A stretch of 64,000 nucleotides of DNA from Eledone cirrhosa (lineage: Eukaryota): the NCBI GenBank assembly GCA_964016885.1, contig OZ024743.1, positions 186,744,001-186,808,000 of the forward strand, written 5' to 3'. Positions 24,116 to 38,329 of the stretch are shown one piece after another. The notes under the pieces were generated by a model. The model had not been told where the DNA came from. It saw only the letters and a list, made by a program, of their open reading frames with translations, and did not search any database. How positions within the stretch are numbered: position 1 is the first letter of the stretch; each line of letters opens with the position of its first letter. A program made the translations under genes and the position numbers.

Positions 24116-26102
24116 GACCATCTACTGACTTAATAAGAAGTCCCCCTCCACACCTGCTATCGAGATTCAATAACATTAAAAAGGAAAGTTTATAAATAAA
24201 TTTACATAAACTAATCCAAATAGAAGGAAGAAAGGAAAGGATAAATGGAGAATATTCTTAATACAAAAAGAAAAACTTCATCTTATTGTCCTGTAATAGC
24301 AGTATTTCATGAGTGGTACTGTGTTATATAAGTTACCATTTTGTAACTTTGATTATTTTACGACCTTTCATGATAAGAATAAGAATTTAATAATTTGATT
24401 TATGTATTTTTTCTTGATTCTTCCAGGTAAACATTAGAATATGAATGGAAAATGTCTGATGAGAATTGTCCAACTAGCATTCGTGCTTTGATTTCCATTA
24501 TACATTATCACATATTTTTCTTTCAGTTGTAGCATTATATATGTCTGTCACATAGATTTGTTTAGAAAATAATAACTCAGAGATGCCTTCCCAAACAATT
24601 CAATTCTCCTATGCCAACTAGTGTATAGCATTGTAAATATATTCGGTGATTTTGCAGTCACTACTTTTACAAGTATGTTGAGGTGTATGCTTTGCTAATA
24701 AGGACATAGTAATCTGAAACATATCCAGAGTTCAATCTTGCCCTTCCAAAATTAATTAAAATAATATTAGTCATTGAATAATATTACTTTTCTCTACCAG
24801 TATGCTTATTTCTAATTAGCTTCATTATACTACCTTCATTAAGTATATTAACACTAAATTAACACAATCTTATTCATATATATACTTATACAAATCTATA
24901 ATGTACACACAAACATTTCCAAAATATTTCAGGTAAATAACTTTTATTGTTATTTTACTGATTTTACATATTGATATTACCTTTTTTTTTATTGAGCTCA
25001 TTTAAAATTATATTTGTTTGAATTTGAATTCCTGTAAATTATCATTTTCCATCAGTGATTGTAGTGTTTTCAGGAAACCACTATAATTACATTAATCAAA
25101 GAAATACTATCTGTTTTGTTTTCAGTCTGTTGTTTCTCTTTTGAATTTACATGCACTGTTAATCATAGGCATGTGCATTTCAATATGCCTTCACCATTAC
25201 TTCTGATTTTTTAAAGTAATTTTATATTTTGGGTGAAAATACATTTGTCATGTGTTTAGTAAATATTAAATTATTGCAAAGTAATTTCTCTGCAATTGAC
25301 TATTAATTATATTACAAAATTATTACCACCTTTTTCTATGTTAGCAAAATATTTCAAGTTTTAGCCAAATAATCATTTTTAAAAAATGTTTTGCTACATA
25401 TAAAAGTTTTGTCACATAACAAAAAAAAAAAAATTGTTTAGTATTGTTTAGTGTAAGGAAGATTTATTCTAAATGACATCTAACTATCACAGCAAACATA
25501 AAAGAAATTTAATTTGGACATTGAAAAGTTTAAATTTATTTTAACAGTACTAACATGAATGACTGTATTTTGTTCAACTCTTTAACTGCACTATGTGAAA
25601 AGTAAAAAAGTAATAAAGTAAATGAGTTTTATTTTCTGCATATAACTTCACTCTGGGTAGACATTGCAATGAAGCCTTAAACAATAAACATATTTTAAAA
25701 TAAATTAATCCTATTATCACAGAAGATGCAATGACAGACTCCCATCTTCTCAACTGAAGAGTCAAGTTTGTATCCTAACATAGAAACACTACTTAAGTCC
25801 TTGACCAAAATGAAGAATTCTTTCTTTTTTTTTCCATCTAGATGTATAGGGTAGTTTGAATTAATATTAGAAATTTGACTAGGCCAGGAATTAAGACAAG
25901 CAGAATTAATACCAAGTAGATTGAGATTTTAAAAATTCAAATATGATAAGAAAAGATTCATACCACTTACAAAAAATGTGAGGGAAATATAAAATATCAA
26001 AATATCAGAGACAAAACTTTTGAACAATAAGTTACTATAAGCTATATATACATATATACAGAATATATACAGATAGATATACACACGCACACATACATAC
26101 AT

Positions 26103-26150
<48 letters not shown>

Positions 26151-28039
26151 TTTTCTAAGTCAGTTGCTTAAAAATATAACTGATCCCTTGTTAATATAAA
26201 ATATGCCTCATCACCCATAAAAGAATGTTAATTATTTTGATTTAAAAAAAATCAATATTTAGATCTAGCTTTTTGGAAGCATTTGCTGAATATAAAAAAA
26301 AAATGATTTTCTATTGCACTTTACAAAGATAATTATACTAGATGTATATTAAAAAAATATGCACAAAAGTATCTGTATAAAATGTTACAAATACTATAGT
26401 TTTCTGGGGAAAATGCCTCTATTCCAATGAGAAATTGAAAGTCAACAATCCCATACAAACAAAAACACATTCGGATTTTGTTTATTAAATGTTTTTTAGC
26501 ACCTATAAATGAAACACAGAATAAAGTAGAATGATATATTGAATAACAAACAAATTCAAATTTATCTTGCGAAATAACAATGCATTTATTTATTATTGAA
26601 AATCTGAATGACAAAATACATTCAATAAAGCAGAACACATTCAAGAAGTAAGAAATAATTAAAAGAAAAAATTTCAATTTAATATCTTGTTTGAACCATG
26701 TGAAATAATTATCAAAAGGAAAGAAATGTGTTTACATGATGGAAGAGATTTACAGAACTAAAATATATATTCTTAAAACTCTTTCAACCCTTTGATGTAG
26801 TTCTGTGGACGAAATGATTTGCATTAGTGTTTTCTAATAACTTTACAACCTAAATAATGGCAGTTTAAATGTTACTGCGCTCCACATTATCTTTAATACT
26901 TGTAGGTACAATGAAGTTTCAAGTTGAATTAGATTCGGTTTGCGATGCTATAATTTTTTACACATTTTCTTATCATAGCCTTAAAAGGATTTGAGATATT
27001 AACCCAGCTTTAACCCAACTACAATTTGAGCTTGTCTTTTAAACTTCATCAACTCCTGAAAGAACTGGAGTGGTATAGATCTATAGACCCCAAACACCAA
27101 ATTTGTAACAACTTAACTTTGTACAGACACAACTAATTGTTTAGTAAAGCATTTAAGTATGAATCCAATCAAAATGATAACTGAAGAGCAAATTATTTTC
27201 TAAGATTTGATAATTATTTTCCAATCAAAATCAACCTGCATGTTTGACTTAACACTTTTTGCAATCACCAAAGATGATATAATCATGAAACATATTATTG
27301 AAGCCTAGAGGCTTGTTCTGAATATATTAAATAAATAACATTGAAAACAAATTATTTCACAAGATTATTTCACCAGTAATTAATAAAAAAAATTAACACA
27401 ATTAAAACATAGTATATAATTCTTTTATTATGCTTTCTGTTTTCATAGTTTACATTCTGATAACAAATAGCTTTGAAATCCCTTGAATATGCCAGGAAAG
27501 GACAAGATGGATATTCCTTCTGTATTGTTGTACACTGCATCAATCTTGTGGTGTCAGCACCAAAGGAAGAACTCCATGCAATGAAGTTGCTAAGCCAGTC
27601 ATTTGGAAGTATGGCTAGAACAGCTTAACGACTCTTTGCACAGGGCACTTTAATTGGTTTATTCTGTTATTTCATTCAGGAGACATTTTTCATCAGTTGA
27701 ACAAGGACATCGTACTTCATTTCCATATCTTATTGGTTTGATTTAATTTTTTTTATCATATCATAATCTTTAAATACTGACATAGTAACATAACTAGTTA
27801 TTTTCCCAAATAACTAGGTTTTCAGTTAACCAATGGTTTACTCCCCCCTCCCACACACACACATATATATACAGACACACACACACACATATATATATTC
27901 ATATATGTATATATATATATATATATATATCTGTATATATATACACATTTGTATATATATATATGTATATATATATGTATATATACCTGTATATATATAT
28001 ACACATGTGTGTGTATGTATATATATATATATATATATT

Positions 28040-30087
28040 AGAAAGTAAGTTTTTTTTTACAAAATGAAAAATAACCGAAGTGTCCTACACAAGTGAAAGT
28101 ATAAAGAAAAAAAGATGAAATCGAAAATGCAACTGGAGTCTTATTTAAAAAAAATATATATATATTTATTTGGTTCCTTTACCGGTTTCGCAGTTCTTCT
28201 GCTTTTCAAAAGTAGAGTTGAGATGGAGGGTCTGTGGTTTTTCTCACATCTGGTTGGTCTCTGAATGTTACTTGTTTTATATGGAAAAAGTGGCTCGAAA
28301 TGCCAGGTTTTTCGAGAAGTAATTTGATTGGTTGGTCAATAATTATAATAAATTTCGCGCCAGTTCGCATTACAAAGTTCTTCAAACAAGGGGGAGAGGG
28401 TGTCACAGGTTGTTTTTTCATATATGAGTGTTTGAATTTCTTTTTACTTAAAAAAAAGGGGGCTCACGAAGACTTTTTTTTAATAAACGTAATTTGATTG
28501 GTTATAAATGAAATTATGGCTGTCATGTGAACAAGTTTTCATTAAATTTTTGCGCCTTTATTTGGAAATCCATTCTGTAGCCTTTTTAGAGAATTTTATG
28601 ATAAGTAAAAGATAATGGTCAAGAGAAATGGGATGGGAGAATTGTTCTGGTTCAGTGAATATGGTTAGTTCGCTGGGGTGTCAGAATTCAGATTTTCTAT
28701 TGAATAAAGAAAGTAAAGATATGTATGTTTATTTGTGTGCTTGTGTGTGTGTGTGTGTATGTGTGTGTGTGTGTGTCTGTGTGTGTGTGTGTGTATTGGA
28801 AGATGATTCTATTAGTAGAAATGGGGGAGGGAGTTGTGTGTGTGTATATGGGTGTTATGTGTGTGTGGGAGTATGTTAAGATGGGGAGAATATATATTTT
28901 GTATGTGTGTAGGAAAGTGATTCTATTAGTAGAAATGGGGGAGGGAGTTGTGTGTGTTTTGGTGTGGGGGTTGTTATGTGTGTGTATGGGTGTTATGTGT
29001 GTGGGAGTATGGTTAGCATGTTAAGATGAAGAGAATATATATATATTGTGTGTGTGTGCGTGTGTGTAGGAAAATGATTCCTTTAGTAGGAATATTTTTG
29101 AATGAACCTATTTTCCTTACTTATTCGTATTTGTTCTGTCGTATTGTCAGTGCAAACGTATGTTAAGGTTTATTTAGTTCGGGTTTTTACTTTCTAAAGT
29201 AGAAGGTGTTATGTGTGTGTGTATGTGTCTGTTTGGATGGTTAGCATGTTATGGTGTTGACATAATGTGTATTAAACCATATTTAATGCTGGTCTATATT
29301 TTTGAATAAACATATTTTCCATATTTATTCGTATTTGTTCTGTTGTATTGTTAGTGCAAAGGTAAAATGGGAAGACTTGGAATTTGGGTGTCTTATTCCT
29401 TGCGCATATGTCTAGATGTGCGCTTAGTGGTATCTGTCTCGTGGTTGGATCTCGTAACATATCTTTACTTTCTTTATTCAATAGAAAATCTGAATTCTGA
29501 CACCCCAGCGAACTAACCATATTCACTGAACCAGAACAATTCTCCCATCCCATTTCTCTTGACCATTATCTTTTACTTATCATAAAATTCTCTAAAAAGG
29601 CTACAGAATGGATTTCCAAATAAGGGCGCGACAATTAAATGAAAACTTGTTCACGTGACAGCCATAATTTCATTTATAACCAATCAAATTACGTTTATTA
29701 AAAAAAAAAAAAAAAAAAAAAAGCCTTCGTGAGCCCCCCCCCCCTCTTTTTAAAGTAAAAAGAAATTCAAACACTCATATATGAAAAAACAACCTGTGAC
29801 ACCCTCCCCCCTTCTTTGAAGAACTTTGTAACGCGAACGGGCGCGAAATTTATTATAATTATTGACCAACCAATCAAATTCTCGAAAAACCTGGCATTTC
29901 GAGCCACTTTTTCCATATAAAACAAGTAACATTCAGAGACCAACCAGATGTGAGAAAAACCACAGACCCTCCATCTCAACTCTACTTTTGAAAAGCAGAA
30001 GAACTGCGAAACCGGTAAAGGAACCAAATAAATATATATATTTTTTTAAAAATAAGACTCCAGTTGCATTTTCGATTTCGTCTTTTT

Positions 30088-30090
<3 letters not shown>
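28040..30090 (-). mobile_element. 5'-truncated PLE: GIY-YIG C-terminus + 3' UTR/pLTR, with ~600 bp inverted pLTR copy
   Basis: 28116-28722 is the reverse complement of 29459-30090. ORF 29272-29553 ends ..RQIPLSAHLDIC..FQVFPFY..RINMENMFIQKYRPALN. TA arrays on both sides. Confidence 0.88.
29985..30020 (+). ncRNA. Minimal type I hammerhead with U3-A8 compensatory core (mirror copy - strand 28177-28212)
   Basis: ctt-TTGAAAA-gcag aagaa ctgc-GAA-ACCGGT-A-aag. Identical in both copies. Confidence 0.78.
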
Positions 30091-30156
<66 letters not shown>

Positions 30157-30269
30157 TGTGTGTGTATGTATATATATATATATACAAAAAGTCAACAATG
30201 AAAAGCAGCATGGGAGATTAATACTGTACAATGATGATATATATTATTCTAACACTTGATAAATAAGAG

Positions 30270-30305
30270 TCTTAATGTTTTGGACATTAGTCCTTCTTTG
30301 GAAGA
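30270..30305 (-). ncRNA. CpG-decayed minimal hammerhead
   Basis: Minus strand tctt-CCAAAGA-a-ggac taat gtcc-AAAACATT-aaga. Three CpA->CpG reversions restore CCGAAGA...GAAACGTT. Confidence 0.5.
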
Positions 30306-32519
30306 TAGAATAAAGGATAGAGCAAGAAATAGAAACATAATCAAGAATAAAAAAAGAAAGAAATGGAAACATTTTGTGTATATATATATGTTGTAAACAC
30401 ATGCAAACTCATTCATACACACACAAACATACACACACGCACACACACACACACATATATATATATGAACACACACATATCTATATGTGAAGGCACATAG
30501 CTTAGTGGTTAGAGAATTGGGTTTGCAATCGAGTGATGCATTTTGTCGTTGAGCAAGAAACTTTATTTCATATTGCTCCAGTTTAGTCAGCTGTAGAAAT
30601 GTCACTGGTGCCAAGCTGCATAAACCTTTGCTTTTCTCTTGGTCATTCTGAGATAAGCACTGGCCTGAGACTCAAGGCTTGAGGCACACTTAAGACTTTA
30701 GTGACAATGCATTCTTCATTGTTTTTGTAAGTGAATTAAAAATAAAAACTATTCCTTCATGTGAAAATGTTTACAGATAAAAACAAAATAGTTTGAGAAT
30801 AGAGATTCTTTTGTAGAATCACTAGCTATACAGATATACTGACAAATAAAACATTTTGAAATTCATGAAAAACTTCACTATAATGAAAAACAATTACTTA
30901 ACTTGAGGCAAAAATCATAAAGATTCTTAGAAATTATGGAAGATTATCTCAACAGCTAATATATTAAGATATAAATCTTACTCATCAATGAATATTTAAT
31001 GTTACAGATATTGTTTTATTGTTTATTATATAGTCATTGATATTATCTTCATACAATCATGTATTCATTAAGTCTCAATATTACATTTATTTCCCATAAT
31101 TAGGAAAGAATTTCTTCTGTACAATTTTAAATGTTTTAGTTAACCCCTTCTTAACTACTATTTCAACAGTTTATATTTCAAACATGCCATAACAAGTGAA
31201 GCTGATTTACATGTACTTGGTTTTGTGGCAATGTGTATTACGAAACAAGTAGGTAGATAAGTAAATATTCATTATCTAATGAAGATTTTGATAGTTGTTA
31301 TGAGCAAACAATGTCATTTACTCATAAAGTCTATCACAATCTTTGGTAGCTAAGGAATATTTCCTTATCTACCTCCTTATTTAGTTACATACATTGTTAT
31401 AAATACAATTATACAGAAATATCTATACCATCATGATATAAATCCACATAAGTAACCATTACATATGCATGAGTATCTATTAGGTTTAAATCAGTTTCTT
31501 CAATAATTATTATAATACATACATTCTGCTAATATTTTCATTATATATTTTCTATTTGATACACTGGCACCCAATTTCATCTTTGTTTGGTGCCATCTTG
31601 ACAGGTAATTTTTTTTTTGCTTACATAAGACACTTTGAATATAGCATCATGCAAGCATAATTCTTAAAGCTGACTTTTGAAAGGTAAATGCAAATAAAAA
31701 TCAATATAAATACGAACACTAATACATCAACTCAGTAATTCTTTGACAAGAGATTCCAAGATTGCAATAGATATCAGGTATACATTACACACACATACAC
31801 ACATAAATACACTCACAGACAGACAGATAGACAGACATACACACACATATATATATATGTGTATGTATGTATGTATGTAGAAGAATGTATTTCTAAAACC
31901 ATATTGATTAATATATATTCACTCTATTCAGCATAATATAATTAGAAACATTATTCTTACATCGTAAAACATATTCAATCTATATGTTGACTATTTTAGA
32001 ACTGAGAATTGGCAACCTGTCAGATATCTAAAGACAGTTTTATAACCAAAGAATAAAGGATAATGATTATCAAAAATAAAAGTACAGAAATATTTATTTT
32101 TCAAAATGATATATATATAATATGGAAATAATATTAAGTTGAAAGATATGATATGATGAGGATATGACAGTACAGAATATAATAAGTCAGTATCAATTAT
32201 AGATAATAGACAGTATTTACATTTGTGAAAATAAAAACAACATATAGCATTTATTCTTTTACTCACTTTAGTCATTGATCTATGGCAATTCTGGAGCACC
32301 ACCTTGAAGGGTTTCACCAACCATATTGGCTCCCAACAAACTCGCCACAAATACAGTACCTATTTCAGTCTAGTAAATATTTTATCGATTACTAAATAAA
32401 ATAAATATAGTAATTACTATATAGAAAGTCACTTAAGTTACTTAAAGATCTAACTTACAAACGGTAAACGATATTATCTTTTTAGACTTAGGGAAACATA
32501 TAAATATATATATATTAAT

Positions 32520-32862
32520 GGAGGCACATGGCTTAGTGGTTAGAGCATTGGGCTTGCAATTAAAAGGTTGTGAGTTCAATTCTCAGACCGGGTGATGTGT
32601 TGTTTCCTTGAGCAAGACACTTTATTTCACATTGCTCCAGTTTACTCAGCTGTAGAAATGAGATGATGAGGGCTGGGGTCCCTATCATTCCACTGCAAAG
32701 TGGACGTGTAGGTGCCACGGCAAAAAAGCACCCAACACTCACTGTAAATGAGGTTGGTGTTAGGAAGGGCATCCAGCTGTAGAAATCAAGCCAGAATCAG
32801 TTCCCGTCCCACCCTTGCAAGCAGGGAAAAGTGGACATAAAAATGAAATGAAATGAAATGAA
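32520..32862 (+). mobile_element. tRNA-derived SINE family B, full length, (AAATG)n tail
   Basis: GGAGGCACATGGCTTAGTGGTTAGAGC (box A), GAGTTCAATTC (box B), CCTTGAGCAAGACACTT block, RTE-like 3' tail. Confidence 0.88.
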
Positions 32863-35325
32863 TGAATATACACAGTTCAAGAGTAACCAATCTTAAAGAG
32901 AGAGATGGAGATAGGAGAGGAGATATGAGAGGAGAGATTGGTGAATTAGTTAGAAGCAAAAGCGTAAAGGCATGTGCTCAATGTGCAATATGCAGTAGAA
33001 AGCAGCTAGGTGGCTGGGTTCATGCAAGTATGTATATATATATATATATATATACACATATGCACACATACACACACACACACACACATATATATAAATG
33101 GATGCATTAACAAACTCTCTCTCTTTCCTAGACACATGTAGGTATGTTATTCTGGTTTCATAATGTTATGTATGTTTACCAATAGAGAGAGAATCGGTTT
33201 CTAACATAGAACAAGACCCTTTCATTGGAATGTAAACAACATCTACTAGGTAAAGAAGTATGCATGTCTGTATGTGTGTGCAGGTATGGATGTTATTGTA
33301 TGTGTGGATCTGTATGCTTTCAGTTATATGTGTATACAACTATATTTAATGTTAATGAAATAGTGCCTCTCTTCTCTTGATGTACTAAGTATGTACTTAT
33401 TTGGCATAATAGTGAATCCAGCCCTGCATCAGCATGAGGCTATAGAAGACACTCACACGAGGTACCACATAGTGATATGGAACTTGGAAAGGTGTTATTG
33501 GTTATTGCAAAGTAAAGTTCTAATCCACACAAGCATGCTTGCATCTATTTGTGCATGATTCAACACCGACTCACATACATTAGGTTTTTTTTTTTTAAGT
33601 TAGTAAATTAAAACTTTATCAAAGCATATATATGAATGTATATAATATGCAAAAAGCACCCAGCCCACACTGTAAAGTGGATGTGTAAAAGACACGGCAA
33701 AAAGCACCCAGCCCACATTGTCAATGGGGTTGGCATCAAGAAGGGCATCCAGCCATAGAAAACCAGCCACAAACACTCCTGTATAAGTGAGACACGGTCA
33801 CCCGACCCAACTTGCCTCTAAATAGGACCCATCTAACCCATGCTATTGTGGAAGATGGACGTTAATCGATGATGATGATATATATAACTCACTCAGTACT
33901 GATGTGCAAAGGTACAGTCTTTACGAAGACTATAAGATAACCAGAAAACAGAGTTCGATAAATCCAGCCCACTTGTGTATGATGTAGAAAAGAGTATAAA
34001 GAGAGAGATATTTAGATAGATGTTATTGATGAAAAGATAAATGGATAGGTAGACAGATAGATAAGGAGAGAGATATATATGATAAAAAGAGAAAAAGAGG
34101 GAAGAGGTGGAGGTAACAGCAGATGTAATATGATAAACATTTCAATTTATTCTAGACAGATGACTTAGGAAGAGAAAAAACAAAGAGACGAGTAGACAGA
34201 AGCAAAAGAAAACTGATTATATGATAACGAGAGAATTAGATGAAATGATAGCAACATAACTGTGATTTATATAAAAGGGAAAGAGCAAAATCTTATCAAA
34301 AGTTTCTTCACTAAAAAGATGTCACTAATAGAGCTTGAAACAGTGTGGGAATACTTACTCCTGCCAAGAGCATTACACAATATAATAAAAGAGCTGAGGT
34401 TAAAAACAGGAAAGAAATATATAAAAAAAAAAATAATCAATTGCATTGGATAGAGAAAAGAATTTCAAACAATCTTTTAGTAGGGTATGAGCAAAATTTC
34501 TAAACACAATTTACTGCTAGAATTACAGCAATTTAGGAGTATAAATGAACAGATCAATAAAACATGTATGTGTGTATGTGTGTATGTGTGTATGTGTGTG
34601 TGTATGTATGTGTATGTGTGAATGTATTTGTACATATGTGTGTGCATGTATGTATGTGTGGGAGTATGTGTGAATGTATGTGTCTTTGTATGTGTGTATG
34701 TAATTGTATGAATGTATGTGTACATATGTATGTGTAAGTGTATATTCACATATGTATGTGTATGAATGTATGCAAGTTTTTTTGTTTGAAATATATTTTA
34801 AGTTGATCAACACAATTGAGGCCATTCACTAACAACATAACAAGAGTTTTATTTATTTATTTTGTCAGGACAGTTCGAGGGATTTATTAATATAGGCATG
34901 AATTAGTGTATGCAATATATGTATATGTAGATATGTTTGCACTTATGTTATAAGTGTGCATGCTTCTTCAGCACAGAAGTGTGCACATGTGTGTGTGTGT
35001 GTGTGTGTTCCTTATGTACACACGTGACTGTGTTCATATGTTTATTTCAGAGAAGTCAAATTGAGAATCTTCACTGTACTGTGTTAATTGATTATATTTG
35101 GAGGACATGAGTTAGTTTGGCTTTGCTTTATTCTTTTTTGGAAAAAGCCCAGCATTTCAAGGCATTTATACAAATTTGCTGTTACATAGCCTAGTGCGCC
35201 TATCATAACAGGTAGAAATGAAAATATATAACCTGGAAACATGAGATGTAATATCTGCATTAATTCCCCTCAGATGTTCACTTCTTATCACTCAAAAACA
35301 CTGAATAATCAAGAGAGAAAATAAT

Positions 35326-35480
35326 TGTTTCTACTTTAGGCACAAGGCCAGTAATTACCCAGTGCATTACTGGTACTTTATTTTATCGACCCCGTAAGGA
35401 TGAAAGGCAAAGTCAACCTCGGCGGGATTTGAACTCAGATCGTAAAGGGACGTAACTATGCTGGAAAGCATGGCGTCCGA
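35326..35480 (-). mobile_element. SINE family A with 16 bp TSD
   Basis: CAAGAGAGAAAATAAT at 35310-35325 and 35481-35496. Confidence 0.9.
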
Positions 35481-35499
35481 CAAGAGAGAAAATAATAAC

Positions 35500-35790
35500 A
35501 TCTTGAGGCACTCCTGAATAAGTACTGCCTGCACTATCATGGCCTTTATTTATGGATCTCTCTCTGGCCTACACTCTGTTAACTCTGGTATGGTCCCTAG
35601 GTTTGCCTCTCCCTTGCCTCAATGTTGTTTTTTTAATGACTTACTATCCCAACCAAATATTCCCCCTCATACTTAGATGAAACCACCCTTCATTCTTCTC
35701 TAATCTTCCTCACTCAAACATTCTCCTCATGCAACCTAGACACCTCATGTCAAACCGGCAATGACACTATGAACAGAAACCTTGATAGCA
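35500..35790 (+). mobile_element. Degenerate non-LTR RT fragment (CR1/Jockey-like)
   Basis: Traces of V.SGVPQG / FINDLL / YADDTTL motifs (gttaactctggt..cctaggt, tttaatgacttacta, gatgaaaccaccctt) with indels. Confidence 0.4.
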
Positions 35791-37101
35791 TATGTATGTA
35801 TGCATGTATATAATAGGAATGTATGTATGTATGTATGTATGTATGTATGTATGTATGTATGTATAGGGAGAGATGACCCCTTAGCCTTTGTCAAGGCAGA
35901 ATTCTAGGAGAAGGAAAACTCTGATATAACACCTGCAACCCTGATGGTATCCAATGATGTTGACTTGTTCTTCTTTTTGGTAAATATCATCTTGGTTAAG
36001 AGAGTGGGACTGGCTTTGTGCAGTGCCTTTGCTCACTATAAAAGCTTCACGGCACAGGCATTGCTTTATATCTGGAGATCTCTCTGCACTTGTCATCACA
36101 TGGTACCATGGGCCCAGCACTATGTGTCAGTAATTCTCACAGGTGCAGTGTTTGTACCAGAGTTTTCAAGTCGCTGGCTGGACTAAAAAGTCACACTCGT
36201 TCAGCGCATCGGTAGGAGTTCTCCTACATGGATATAAAGTAGTGGCCGTACTCGAAAACGAGTTGGCAGCCACCATGTATGTATGTATGTATGTACGTTC
36301 TCTTGGTTTTATTTTGTGAAATCATTCACCAATATGGAGAGAAAACAAGACTCTTTCATCAAAATTTAGACAATATTAACTAGATAATTATGTTCCTATA
36401 TCTGCATGTATGTATGTCTGCAAACATGGATAGATCTGTACGTGTGAACAGTGTCAATGTAAGGTGGGTGTTAGTTTTACTGAAGATATACCCACCTCTT
36501 TAGTAGTTGTTGTTGAAATGGGCAGTCATTTCCATATTTGAATTGAAAAGTAACACAGGGCCCTCCAACCCATCCAGAAGGACAGTAACTCTGAATAACT
36601 GATTAATATATATATATATATGCACACACACACACACACATACATATCATCATCATTACCATCACTTAACATTCGTTTTCCGTGCTACTATACATAAATA
36701 CACACATATATATATATATATATATACATATGAGAGAAGTGAGCATGTATGTATTTGTGTGTCCTCACAAGCAAACATAATAAGCTTGTATTTTTCCCCT
36801 CATACACTTACTACAAATTCTTCAGAAATGTAGATTAAGAAAGGTCTGATCACTGCATATTTTTTTCTTCAGAGTAGTGTAATAGGTTGTGAGAATGGTT
36901 TATTTTATGTTGATTGGATATGAATAAAAGATACAGCAGAGAGAACGACCAAGCTGCACAGAACGAAATATATATGAGGAAGAAAAAGAGAGGAAAGGAA
37001 AATGTGAAAGAAAAAGAGGAACAGTCATGAACCAAAAACAATATGGAGAATTGTTTAATGTGAATACACACACATACATATATATAAGTATATCACCATC
37101 A

Positions 37102-37213
<112 letters not shown>

Positions 37214-37954
37214 TTGTGTTTGTGTGTTTGTGTTTGTGTGTTTGTACAGAGAGAGAGAGAGGGACAGAGAAATTATTGAAAGGATAAGAAGAAAATAAAA
37301 GAAATTTCTTGGAAGAAAGAGAAAAGATATGAATATTGGTAGAACTTAAATAAGACAGAGTAATGCTGTAAATGATGACTGAATAATATTTTCTCCCAGA
37401 ATTGAGGAATAGATTCCTAACTTAAAAAGTTTGGTGAGTAGCAATGGTCTACAAATGGGAACCAATGCACCAGAAATATTTATATTGATCATGTTCATTT
37501 ACTTCAGCATAAGAAAATTGCTTCAGATACAATTATTCTTTTCTGAAAATTTAGTTTTAACACGTGCCTTACATACAGTTTATTATGAAGAACATGAATA
37601 AAATTTACGTAAACATTGTAGCTAAGATTTTTGAAGTAATATAAAAAAAAAAAATACATTCTTTTTGCCACCATACCTGTTATATTGTAATCATGTTGTA
37701 TATTTATGCTAAAAAAATAGCATATATTTGTGATGATTGAATATATATATATATAGATATATACATAATCTTAGGTGAGATGGAGGTCCCAAGTCCACAC
37801 AAGCTCCACTTGAGTACTGATAGAGTCTGTGACGACATATCCAGCCCTTTCTAGCAGTAAGGAAAACAAATTTTAAATAATGATGAAGATGATACTTTCA
37901 TAAAGAAACAGGACTAGAATTGTTTCTATATGAAATAAATATGTACCTTATCTA

Positions 37955-38010
<56 letters not shown>

Positions 38011-38329
38011 TTCATCATCGCTGTTTAACATCCATTTTTTCACATTAGCATGTGTTAGATGAGTTTCCCAATGTGACACAATCAGATCAGGTGACTGTCT
38101 TGCTCATACAGAACTGTTTCTGGCTTGGTTTCTATGGCTGGATGCCCTACCAACAGCATTTACAGTGTGGACTGGATGTTATTTGTCATGTCACAAACAC
38201 AACCACTTTACAGTATAGACCAGTGCTTTTTGGTGTGTCACCAAACATCATGTCCATTTTACAGTAAGGACTGTGTGTATATATATATATATATGGAAAG
38301 TTATATGGGTGTAAGTATAGAGATGCTGG

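Noticed and set aside
26760-27130. Possible Merlin/IS1595-like transposase relic on - strand (QIW..G.ID, NHFV traces)
   Set aside because: Only short motif traces across frames; needs a tBLASTn or HMM search.
27655-27705. Minus-strand CTGATGA...GAAAT
   Set aside because: No stem I or stem II pairing.
32520-32600. tRNA genes
   Set aside because: Box A/B sequences belong to SINE heads; no complete cloverleaf.
33185-33235. Minus-strand CCAATGA...GAAACCGATT hammerhead-like trace
   Set aside because: Stem I cannot be formed and the core is mutated.
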